Of a stretch of DNA of 64,000 nt, positions 40,029-51,541 are shown piece by piece. The notes beneath the pieces are model-generated. The model was not told where the DNA came from, ran no database searches, and was given only the letters and a program-made list of their open reading frames with translations. The translations under genes and the position numbers were made by a program. The stretch's first letter is position 1, and each line of letters begins with the position of its first letter. Location of the stretch: assembly GCA_026770705.1 (NCBI GenBank), contig JANJGN010000026.1, positions 31,248,001 through 31,312,000 on the forward strand. Direction: 5' to 3'. The DNA is from Isurus oxyrinchus (taxonomy: Eukaryota).

Positions 40029-41018
40029 TTTCTTCAGGTATGATTCACTTCCATGTCAATCTGTCGGCCGCTGCGAGAAACAGTTGGCTGACAGTTTGAT
40101 CCGAGGTTAATTTGATTTCCTGTCACTTTGTGTGTCTCAGCGGCCGACAGCGCGCGTGCACAAACACACACACACCTTTAGAAATCTACCCTCTGCTGGA
40201 CACTGCCGGAATCACACACACACTCGCAAACACAAGATAGACGCACACAGATACACACACACAGCTCCCGCACACACAAACGCACACATTCGAAAACACC
40301 CACTGAAACGTTCACTTTTCAAATCGAGCTTATCTTCCAATACATCGAAGTCTTCAGACCATCTGCCTTTAATTGAATTAATTCACGCACAGACCCCAGA
40401 CCCCAGTGTTACTCCACTTAACAATAATTTCTAATAACATTACGAATTTTTTTTTATATTCCTGACACTGGATCAGAGTACTTTTTACACAGGCAGAAGA
40501 TCTTGCAAGTTAGTGACTATGGTCGTTAAAACAAACCCAAGCAAGTCTTCATAACGTTGGAACAGTTTTCTTCTCCATTAAACTTGCTTTCCTGTTGATC
40601 AGCACTGGGCCTGGCGTTCCCACTTCCACCCGGATCTCGAACAGCAAAGCCATTACTCCGCTCAGGGCATTGAGAGTAGCCGATCTTGGGGTGTTTCCGT
40701 TCACTGACATGCAGCTCAGCATCGACAGTTCTCACACGGCAGCAGGTCAGTGAGGGAAGGGATCTGAACGGCTCCCTTCCAATAGGATTCTCTTCTGTGT
40801 CTCTCTGCCCGATGAGAAGCTGAAGGTTTATTTTCTCAGCCTCTCTTAGGAAACTGTTGGGTGACAGTTTGTTCCGAGGTTCATTTGCTTTCCTTCCGGT
40901 GTGTTTTTGAGAGGCTAAATGTGCCCGAGATTCACCACAATGCTCAACGGTCAGTGAATCCCACTCCGCAGTTCAGTCGCAATTTTGTACAGGAGTAAGG
41001 CTGCATTCCGTCACTGTG

Positions 41019-41482
41019 AGTCCGTGAAAGTGCAGTATTGCACGGCAACATCAGTCCGCTGCAAACCCGAGATGGATAAACGGATGACTTTCTTGGAGGT
41101 CTGGAGACTCGAAGACAAGCGAGTTTAGCAAAATCTGCTTTAAATTCATCACCGTCACTATCCTTCCTGACCATATACTCGGGCTGTGTCTTGCGTGTTG
41201 TCGGTACCAGAATAGACTAAAGCTGCTCGCTGTAGAATCGTAGCTACAGCTCAGTGTCACCCCTTCTCCCTCTGCCTTAACACGTGTGGACAGCGGCTGA
41301 GTGACTGAATCACCATCACTTAGATCTGGAAACAAAATAAGAGTGGGCAAGATATGAACGGTGGCTGATTAAACATGACTTGAACCATGGCTGGGAAACA
41401 GGAGAAAAGATGACTTGATGTTCAGTTCACAATTACCTGTGATAAATACTCCCCGCACAACTAAGGTGCCAAGCAGCTGCAT
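41019..41482 (-). pseudogene. TCR alpha/delta V pseudogene
   Basis: Leader 41482-41437; exon 41325-41019 DSVTQPLST...LSCSYDS...LFWYRQH followed by frameshifts; RSS CACAGTG (41018-41012), 23 bp, ACAAAATTG. Confidence 0.9.
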
Positions 41483-42930
41483 TGTCGCTGCCCACTCAGT
41501 CAAAGGGCACTCGCATATTTGAAGGCACCCATTCTAAATCCCGCCCTCAACAATTTGATGACGTGACTCAAGTGAAGACACCCATTCCAAAGCTCGCATT
41601 GGAACTGTCCGCTCTGTAAAAGAACAATCATATATTTGAGGGCACCCATTCTATTGCCTGGTCCCTGTGACTCCGGAAAGGTATCTGTTGCTTTGCTACA
41701 GGAAATCACAAGGATTGTTTTAAACATCGCTGGGAACTTCCCTCCGCCACTGGTGTGCCTTTGCACCATGAACCCTGCACTGCTACAAAGATTAACCGGA
41801 TCCCGTACAATGAAACCTTATCCTGCCAAATGATTGAACAGAACTTATTTCACTTCCAGATTTTTCAGTTCGGATAAAAAGTCACCCGATCAGAAACGTT
41901 AGTTCAGATTTTCTCTCCACTGAGAGGCATCCTATCCAGCTAAACTTTATTTTTTCCAGAATGTTCTGTTCTTTTATTTCTAAGCATTTGTGGTTCTCAG
42001 CGTTTCATGAGCGATTTGATCTGCTATGTTTAATCTGTCTCTGAGCTGTGCTGATTACCTTTTATCAATTCGAACACCTACTGTTTATCGGGCGCTGCAC
42101 ATAGAAAATCTTCGCACTGAGAGACTGGAAGAAAATGGATCTTCTAAACATTTGCTTTGATTCATTCATGGGATATGGGTGTCGCTTTTAGGCCAGCATT
42201 TATTGCCCTGCTCCAATTGCCCTTGCTAAAGGGCGTTTAAGAGTCAATCACATTCATGTGGGCCTGGAGTCACATGTAGGCCAGAACGGGTAAGGACGGC
42301 AGATTTACGCCCCCAAAGGACATTAGTGAATGAGATGGGTTTATTACCGACAATCGGCAATGGTTCCGTAGGCATCATTAGACTTTTATTTCCAAAATAT
42401 TTAGAGAACTCAAATTACACCGTGAAACGAGGTTTGAAGAGTCAGCCTGTTTTCCAGGGTTACTCCCTTACGTTTGAAATATTCTGCCTTTGCCTTTCAG
42501 GAAGAAATGGCGAAGATTCAGGTTCGGAACCTCTTTCAGAATGAAGAGGGTGTATGTTGCCCTGGATATCACTGCACTGCAATTACTTGGCAACCTCCGC
42601 CAATTCTGTTTTGCCACCTCCAATATCGGTGGAAGCTCTGAGGTGTTCACTGAGTCATGGAGTTGGTGACGGAGTAAATGTTCGCTAAGTCCCAGTTATA
42701 GCATCTGCTGTTTTACACAAAGAAAACGAAACGGTTCCCTTAATATTGATGCGGCCCTTCAATTCGACATCGCCGTTTGCTGCTCTGCTGGACACTTTCG
42801 GTATCACACGCACACACGCACACACAACACACACGCACACACACAGACACATCCACACTCACACACACATTCACATACAGACACCCCTTTAGCAACCTAC
42901 ACTCTGCTGGACACTGCCATAATCACACAT

Positions 42931-43000
<70 letters not shown>

Positions 43001-43125
43001 CTTTGGCACCTTACTCTCTGCTGGACACCGTCATAACCTCACACACACAGACACAAACACACACCTCTGCAGCAATCTACCATCTGCTGAACACTGCTAT
43101 AATCACCTCATACACATATACAGAA

Positions 43126-43168
<43 letters not shown>

Positions 43169-44419
43169 AACACACAAGCAGACCTTTAGCAAGCTACCCT
43201 CTGCTGGATACTGTCATAATCACACAAACACACAACACCTTCTAGAAGTTACCCTCCAAGCATCACACCATCCTGACCTGGAAATACATCGCCGTTCCAT
43301 CACTGTCACTGGGTCAAAATCCTGGAACCACCTCCCTACTAGCACTGTCGGCAGTTGTTTAAGAAGGCAGATCACCACCACCTTCTCAAGGGCAATAAAA
43401 GATGGGCAAGAAATGCTGGCCCAGCCAGCGTCGCCCACATCCCATGAATAAATAAAAAAAACCCTTCCAGTAGCTGAGAAACATGATCGCTATTGAGTAA
43501 TCCGCTGGAGAACATCGGAGCACTGCACGTATACATACAGATAAACACACAAGCGCAAACACACATATGCATTCAAATAGCCACAATAGGTGGTCACAGA
43601 AGATGTTCCTGATATTTTTTGGTTAAATTTCAGAAATTTTGAGAGCGCAATTTCCCTCATATTGCTGCTAGAGACTCATTCCAAAAATTGAAATTTTCAT
43701 TGCAGCAGTGTACACCCACAGGGCTGTTAGGGAGGGAGATCCAAGATTTTGACCCAGCGAAAGTGAAGGAACGGCGGTATATTTCCAAGTCAGGATAGTG
43801 AGTGACTTGGAGGGGAACGTCCAGCTGGTGGTGTTCCCATCCATCTACTGCCCTTGTCCTTCTAGATGCTAGTGGCCGGGGGTTTGGAAGGTGCTGTCAA
43901 AGGAGACTTGGTGAGTTCCTGCAGTGCATCTTGCAGATACCATTCTGCAACCATTCAGTGTATTGATAGAGGAGATCGATGGAGTGAAAGGCAAACAGAA
44001 ACCGCTAACTTTCCCCTGCAGATATCAACTTGTGTTTCATTCTTGATTTGAAATGTTGTATCTGGTGATTTCACACAAAACATAAACAAGTGCACAGCAA
44101 TGGATTGTTTTTAACTAACTTCATTCACTGCAATAATACAAACTTACCCGTTTGTCAATAGAGATTAAATTCCTCACATACACTTCTGATCTTTAAACTT
44201 AACGTTGGAGATAACTGGTGACTTGTTCAGTAGGAGCAGCTGGTTCCAGAGGAATTGGTTAACACGTTATTTTCAACAGTCATCAGGTTCACCAGGCCAT
44301 TGTGTAACAAGGGAGCTAAATCCCAGAGGTATACAGCTAAACAGCAAAATATATCAATCCACAATGCATCCCTGGTTTTCCCACACACCTTCATTAATTT
44401 ACCTTCTGCTGAACACTGT

Positions 44420-44555
44420 NNNNNNNNNNNNNNNNNNNNNNNNNNNNNNNNNNNNNNNNNNNNNNNNNNNNNNNNNNNNNNNNNNNNNNNNNNNNNNNNN
44501 NNNNNNNNNNNNNNNNNNNNNNNNNNNNNNNNNNNNNNNNNNNNNNNNNNNNNNN
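44420..44555. other. Assembly gap (136 N)
   Basis: Direct reading. Confidence 1.
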
Positions 44556-44825
44556 GTTGACCCATTATATTTGATGCATCTGGGTGAAATCACGATTGCT
44601 GGGTAATCCCAGATCCTTTCGCGTTCCTACAAATGTGTCTACCCACAGCATCGGAACCATTAACGTTTCGGATCTTTGTCAGATACACTATAAGACAATA
44701 CAACAATTCTCATTTGTTGTACTGCCAAAGTGATAATCGAGATGGTGAGGATGAAAGTAATTAACTCGACGATTGAGAAGAATGAGAGTTGTTGTACAGG
44801 ATCGGTAACCGTTTCCTACAATGTG

Positions 44826-45115
44826 TATCCTCCCGCAGCCATACACCCTTGTGTGTGCAGCCACCACTTCCTTCCCACAAACAGTGTTATAACCTTTTTC
44901 CTGTCAAGACACTTGCCAAACCGTCCGCTCTCCTCGGTTGCTCTGCCCTGATAGAGGGAGATTATAAATTCTGCTGTCGAGAGTGATAATTTCTAGTACC
45001 ACTGAATCCAATCATTGTGCCTGGTAGCCGGATTTGAATCTCTGGCTCCACCAGCTCTTGCTCCCCTGCTCGCTTAGGGATATCCAATCCTACCACAGGG
45101 CCCAGTGAATGCAAG
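44826..45115 (-). pseudogene. TCR alpha-like V pseudogene
   Basis: NDWIQWY*KLS...AEFIISLYQG...ESGRF...TRVYGCGR; RSS CACATTG (44825-44819), 23 bp, ACAACAACT. Confidence 0.78.
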
Positions 45116-45744
45116 CTAAACATGCAAAACAAGCGTTATTATCCACCCGAGTTTCCTTAAGTCAGAACAGCCCTGTGGAAATAAAATGGTGAATATCCCA
45201 ATTGGATGCATCATATTTCAGAATGTTGGTTCTGAAATTCCAGCTGGATCGCTTGTCTGGAAAACCATCTGGATCGGTGATCAGTTCACATTTCTATGTT
45301 TTAAATTGCCAGCGGCTGGCAAACGCGGAGCCTCTTATGACATTTTGTCGCCTGCGCCGTTATCAGAGAGCTGGGTTTTCATTAACATTCCCCCACGACA
45401 TCTCAGTAAGTGACTTCTGCCCCTGATCCGTGATTACTCTTTAATATCAGAGCAAGAATATCAACTAACTTTCTAAGTTCAGTTATTTTCTGTCGAAATC
45501 GAAATCAGATACTCTCCATGTTCCTTTCTGGTAGCAATGGTCTTGTTATACGGTGAGTCTATGTTTAAGTAGTTGTAAACTTCATATGTTACATCCAGTC
45601 CCAGAGTTGACAAATTCTGCATTTTGTTACAGGAGTGACAAAGAATGTCCTCTGGTCTGTCTGAGTTAACAGTCTGGAAGAACAGTCCGTCATATTAAGC
45701 TTTAGTTACTGTTCATCCGAGAGATTTCTCTACCTCTGTTCACA

Positions 45745-46172
45745 AATCATCCGGACGTAGAGATTTGTCCCCTTTTAAGCCCGCCAACACCTCCAATACC
45801 TTGTCACTCCCTATATCAATTTGCTTAAGAACCTCGCAGTCTCTCTCCCTGAGTTCCATACCTTCATCCTCATTCTCTTGGGTGAAGACAGATGTGAAGT
45901 GTTCATTCAACACTCTAGCGATGTCCTCTGGCTCCACCCATAGATTGCCACCTTCGTCCCTTATGGGCCCTACTCTATCCCTGGTTATCCTCTTCCCATT
46001 GATACACTTGCAGAATAACTTGGGATTTTCCCTACTTTTACCAGCCAGCGCTTTCTCATATCCCCTCTTTGCTCTCCTAGTTGCTTTCTTAAGCTCCACC
46101 CTGCACTGTCTGTCCTCCAGTAATGCCTCTGCTGATTTGCTTCCCTGGTACCTACTAAAAGCCTCTTTTCCT
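45745..46172 (-). mobile_element. CR1 ORF2 fragment
   Basis: RRAKRGYEK...ENPKLF...VLNEHFTSVFTQE. Confidence 0.85.
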
Positions 46173-46496
46173 TCTCGTCATAACCTCAGACACTTGGACC
46201 GTGAGCAGGCGGAGGGTAGTCAGAGACTTCTGAAGATCCAATCGTCGCTATTTCCGCTCCACCAGTTCCAGGTGCAGCTGAGAGTCACCGCACATTTCCC
46301 TCAAAATTGAGTCTGCTTCTCCCTGCCCACAGCTTCCGTTTGCTGCTGCCACACTGACCTGATTGTGTTATTGGAGGGATTGCTGCCGCTGGTCCATTCC
46401 TCTCATTGATTGGATCAGCAATGCAGTGGGACGGGGTCTGTATTTCTGCACCAACAGAAGATTTCTTGCCCTGCAGTTACAGACTCAGGAAGTATT

Positions 46497-47140
46497 GTGG
46501 GGAAGCATCTCGCTCCTCTCCTCATCTTTATATCTCTTCTCAGTAAGTATTCCCTTCCCAGTAAAACTCCATTCTCCTCCTGTCTGCTGTAACCCAGATG
46601 TTATTGTTGTTAAAATAATAGTGATGGCGGTGTTGGTGATTATGTTGATCAATAGGAGGCTGGCGCTGACTGTCTGTTACTATTATTTCTGTTTGAATGG
46701 AGCTACCAACACACAGTGGAACAACGGATTCCTAAAATAACGTCAAAAGCAGAAAGTAATGTCACAGTGACCTGCACCTAGAAAACAAGTGATTCAAGCC
46801 CAAATGTGTACTGGTACCGTCAGCGCCCCGGGAATCCTCCAATGTACATGTTTTGTCTTATTAGCCGGAATGTGCAAACGAACACCGACCTCAATGATTG
46901 CTTTCCTTCCACGTTTGATTAAAATAACAAGATTACCGAGCTAACAATCAACGGATCGTTAGCTCGGTAATCTTGTTATTTTTATCAAACGTGGAAGGAA
47001 ACCAATCATTGGGGTCGGTGTTCGTTTGCACATTCCGGCTAATAAGATGAAGATCCGTTGATCGTTAGCACGGTCATCTTGTTATTTTTATCAAATGTAC
47101 TGATCCCCGATACCTCCGTGCACTTCTGTACCATGGACCC
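46497..47140 (+). pseudogene. TCR V pseudogene with internal fold-back duplication
   Basis: Leader relic 46497-46542 (GTG start); exon with VTVTCT*KTSDSSPNVYWYRQRPG and DTSVHFCTMD; RSS CACACTG (47141), 24 bp, ACAAAAACC; CTCF motif 47205-47218. Confidence 0.88.
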
Positions 47141-47993
47141 CACACTGCTGCAGTGATATAGCGGGTTCTGTACAAAAACCCTCACTGGCAGTACCACCAT
47201 GTGTTCACCAGAGGGCGCGCACACACCGGTAATTCAGTTTCCACAGTGAGAGTACAGGGAGATTCTGAAAATTGCAACAAAACACAGGACTCAATAGCAG
47301 CAGCAGGTGAGGTCCACTTGCACAGTCATATTGGTTTGTGATTGCACGTTGTATTTTTATTAGATATGAGATTGAAAAATCGGTCTGCGCTTGCCTTATT
47401 TCCCCTTTTTGGTTTTCGACACCTTTCCCTTCTAAATGTTTCTTATCATTCGTGTCTTCAGTCTTTTCCGAAAACTGCATACATTTCCGTTTTCCCTCAC
47501 TAATATAAACGTTTAAAGCTTTTTCTACTATCTTATACATTAATTCAGAACCACTCCGAAACCTGTTGCTCATGTATGCGGTCCTGGTTTCAATCCGCAT
47601 CGCTGATGAAGATGACGCTTATTATTGAATAATTTACTAACTCTGACTCTGCTTTTGCGAGCCTGCTGGCCATCAATATGGAATGAAGATTAAGCTACAG
47701 TTCTTACAGAGAGGAATAGTTATATAATTTTCGATGCTGTGATTATTATTGAGTTCAGTTCCTTGTAGATAAATCCTACATGTGACAACGCTGCCTGCAG
47801 TAGCCCCACGCACAGCTTCCTTCTGCTGTTCTCGCTCTGACCTGCCTTGGCTGCCCTGTTTCATTGGAGAGATTGTTGCCGCTTTTCCCCTGTTTGACAT
47901 TGGTTGGATCAGGAGTCCAGTGGGGAGGAGACCTCTATTTCTACCCTGACAGAGGATTCGTGGTCAACAGAGTAACAGATGCAGGGGAGCATC

Positions 47994-48450
47994 ATGTGGG
48001 ACTATCTCAGACCATTCGTTATTATGTCACTTCTCAGTAAGTATATTTCCAGTACAAAGCAATTCTCCCCCTGGCTGCCGTATCGCAAGCATTATTTATG
48101 GCAAAATGCTTGTCCTGATGATGCAACGTTAAATATCGTCATTGTCTATGTCAGAATGGAGTCATGACGATTCAGTGGAGCAGTCGGTACCTGAAATGAC
48201 AGTTAAAGTGGAAGGGAATGACGTCATAAACTGCACCTTGAAAACAAGTGATCCTCGCCCAGTGTTACAGTCAGCAGCCCGGGTAGCCCCCACAGTTTGT
48301 GATTTACCTCTGTGGGGGGGATAGCAAAGCGAAGCCAAACTTTACAGACCAATTCTCTTCTACGTTTAGTAAAGCTGATAAAGCTACTGAGTTAACGACT
48401 AGCAATGCCCTGTTCTCCGACACCGCCATGTATTTCTGTGCCATGAGCCC
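47994..48450 (+). pseudogene. TCR V pseudogene, paralog of the 46497 segment
   Basis: Leader 47994-48036; exon from 48155 reads DDSVEQ...INCTLKTSD, frameshift/stop, PPQFVIY...DTAMYFCAMS; RSS CACAGTG (48451), 24 bp, ACAAAAACC; CTCF motif 48514-48527. Confidence 0.9.
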
Positions 48451-49052
48451 CACAGTGCTGCAGAGGTACAGCGGATACTGTACAAAAACCCACACTGGGA
48501 GTTCCGGTTAGAGTCACTAGAGGGCGCTGCCGCACCAATAAAACGAATGCACTAAATCAGCCACCACGTGAGATTCACAGGGATTTTTAAAAACTGAAAT
48601 GAAGCACAACACTGAACAAGAACAGGCGAGTTCCACTTGTAAAATTATTTCAAAAGCTCACATCTATAATAAAAATAAAATTTACAGATACACCTGTCGA
48701 ACCTGAACTGGCCTTTTGCCTTTTAATGTATTTTGCCTTTCCCTTGCCTTTCATGGCTTGTCTTCACTTTTACTCAGGACACTTCCCCCATCCTTGTTGC
48801 AGTCTTTAGTTTAATTATATAAAACCTTTGCTTCTGCTCAGAATATTAAGTCGGGACCGCTCAAACGAACAATACGAAATGAATTGTCACATCAGGTCAG
48901 TGCTGAAACACAGAATCTCTTGTAACCTGATGAACGGCGCCCGAAAATTTCTCAGAGCGCCCAAAAGAGGGCGTCCCGATCGCAATAATTCTAACTGCAC
49001 TAATGGTGGAAATGGGTGTTAAAGGAACGCAAGACAAACTAAAAACTTATGT

Positions 49053-49237
49053 AATAAAAACAAAGAAAACTTGCGGGATGCTGGAAATCCAAAACAAAAA
49101 CAGAATTACCTGGAAAAACTCAGCAGGTCTGGCAGCATCGGCGGAGAAGAAAAGAGTTGACGTTTCGAGTCCTCATGACCCTGCGACAGAACTTGATTTC
49201 GAGTCCAAGAAAGAGTTGAAATATAAACTGGTTTAAG

Positions 49238-49283
<46 letters not shown>

Positions 49284-50004
49284 CGGGGGGGGCGGAGAGA
49301 TAGAGAGAGAGAGAGGTGGTTGTGTAGACAAACAAGCAGTGATAGAAGCAGATCATCAAAAAGATGTCAGCGACAATGGTACAAAAGAACACATAGGTGT
49401 TAAAGTTAAAGTTGGTGATATTATCTAAACGAATGTGAGACCAAACGTAAACTGGGCGACCCCTTTGCAGAACACCTGCGGTCTGTCCGCAAGAATGACC
49501 CAACCTCCCTGTCGCTTGCCATTTTAACACTCCACCCTGCTCTCTTGCCCACATGTCTGTCCTTGGCTTGCTGCATTGTTCCAGTGAAGCCCAACGCAAA
49601 CTGGAGGAACAACACCTCATCTTCCGACTAGGCACCTTACAGCCTTCTGGTCTGAATATTGAATTCAACAACTTTAGGTCGTGAGCTCCCCTCCCCCATC
49701 CCCACCTCCTTTCTGTTTACCCCTTTTTCCTTTTTTTTCCCTATAAATTTTATAGATTTTTCTTTTCCATTATTTTTAAATATTTTAAAATCTTTTATGC
49801 TCCCCCCACCCCCACTAGAGCTGTACCTTGAGTGCCCTACCATCCATTCTTAATTAGCACATTCGTTTAGATAATATCACCAACTTTAACTTTAACACCT
49901 ATGTGTTCTTTTGTACCATTGTCGCTGACATCTTTTGATGATCTGCTTCTATCACTGCTTGTTTGTCTACACAACCACCTCTCTCTCTCTCTATCTTCTC
50001 CGCC

Positions 50005-50035
<31 letters not shown>

Positions 50036-50170
50036 ACACACCTTAAACCAGCTTATATTTCAACTCTTTCTTGGACTCGAAATCAAGTTCTGTCGAAGGG
50101 TCATGAGGACTCGAAACGTCAACTCTTTTCTTCTCCACCGATGCTGCCAGACCTGCTGAGTTTTTCCAGG
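49053..50170. mobile_element. Penelope-like element with inverted terminal arms, GIY-YIG C-terminal remnant and 13-bp TSD
   Basis: Arms ~49108-49437 and 49858-50171; core encodes ETKRKLGDPFAEHLRSVRKND.NLPVACHFN...EEQHLIFRLGTLQPSGLNIEF; taaaaacttatgt at 49040-49052 and 50171-50183. Confidence 0.9.
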
Positions 50171-51075
50171 TAAAAACTTATGTGGTTTATTTCTTTTTCT
50201 GCTCCACTGCTTTTTCCTAACCCTGCTAAAGTTGTAAAAACAGTCCTACTGGTGTTGTGTTCCTGTTCATGAAAACGCGCTCAACACTTCACTCTGGAGG
50301 CTTTGAACCTGCTCGCTGCGCTCTGTTCCCAAACACTTTAAACTGATGAGAGGCAAATTGCAAAAAAAAGCACAGATGCACCGGACCCCAAATTCTCTCT
50401 CGTCACAAATTCTAATCCTCTAATTTTGTAGATTATGGATGCTTAGATTAATCATCACGGACACAACTGATGTCAGAGTTCAATAGAACAAACTGAAACA
50501 GAATTTTAAATGCAAACTTTAAAAAAGAGGGCAGTTCTGGTAACATTGATTAAATTACAGCCAGAGTTTATTATTTATTTTACTCAGTTGTATGTTCAGT
50601 AACAGCAGATATCATCTTTCAACATAACGAATCTAAAAACCACTCTGGAAAAATGCGAAATGATTGTTAGTTCACTATTTTATTGATTGAGGAGGGAAAC
50701 CTCACTGGAGTCACGGTTACCTGCGTCCTGTTGGTAAGACTACTGGAACTGGAGCTGAAGGATTCACGCCAGAATAACAAACACTATCAGCAACTTTATG
50801 TTCCCGGTTACAGTAACTAAACAAGGGTTTCAGTCTCCTGCCTCACGTGTCTAACTGCGAAACCATTTTGCCTATAAGAACACTGACTGTAGCCCAGTTC
50901 GGGATGTTTCAATGCATTGGGAGCCAGCTCACCAACTGGCGTCCAGACATCACCACTGGGGGCACAGGTACTGAGATGAGAACATCCTGAGACAGGACAG
51001 CAGATTATTAAGGCTGGGGTTTAGAACGGGTATCTTCAAATAACCAACTCCCCTTTTACAGTGCGGACAGCGACA

Positions 51076-51541
51076 ATGCGGCTACTCCGCATCTGGGTTG
51101 GTTGGGGAGCATTTCTGACAGATAATTGTGGACCACACCTATTTTATATTTTCTCTCATTTTTCAAGAATTATTTAAACGTGAATTTTAACCAGTCCTCG
51201 ACCTGATCTTTTTCAGCTTGAACATGTTTTTCAAATCTGAGTCATGGAGATTCTGTCACTCAGCTGCTGTCCTCAGGTGTAAAAACAGAAGGAGATGCGG
51301 TGACTTTAAGCTGTACCTATGACACTACAACGAGCTGCTATTATTTATACTGGCACCGGAAACACCCAGATTCGCAGCCCGAGTTTATATTGTGGAAACA
51401 CTCGGCCGGTGCTGAAGATAAAGCTGATTTTGCCAAAAGCCGTTTCTCAGTCAAGCTCCAAACCGCGAGCAAATTCACCAGCTTGACCATCTGGAGTCTG
51501 CGGCTGACTGACGCTGCCGTATATTACTGCTCCCGTAGACT
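51076..51541 (+). pseudogene. TCR alpha/delta V with open exons but both splice sites mutated
   Basis: Leader 51076-51121 is followed by AT instead of GT; acceptor reads CAA at 51232-51234; V frame open to DAAVYYCSRR; RSS CACGGTG (51542), 23 bp, ACAAAAACT. Confidence 0.88.

Noticed and set aside
44420-44555. Assembly gap as the cause of mixed V orientation
   Set aside because: Both orientations occur on each side of the gap.
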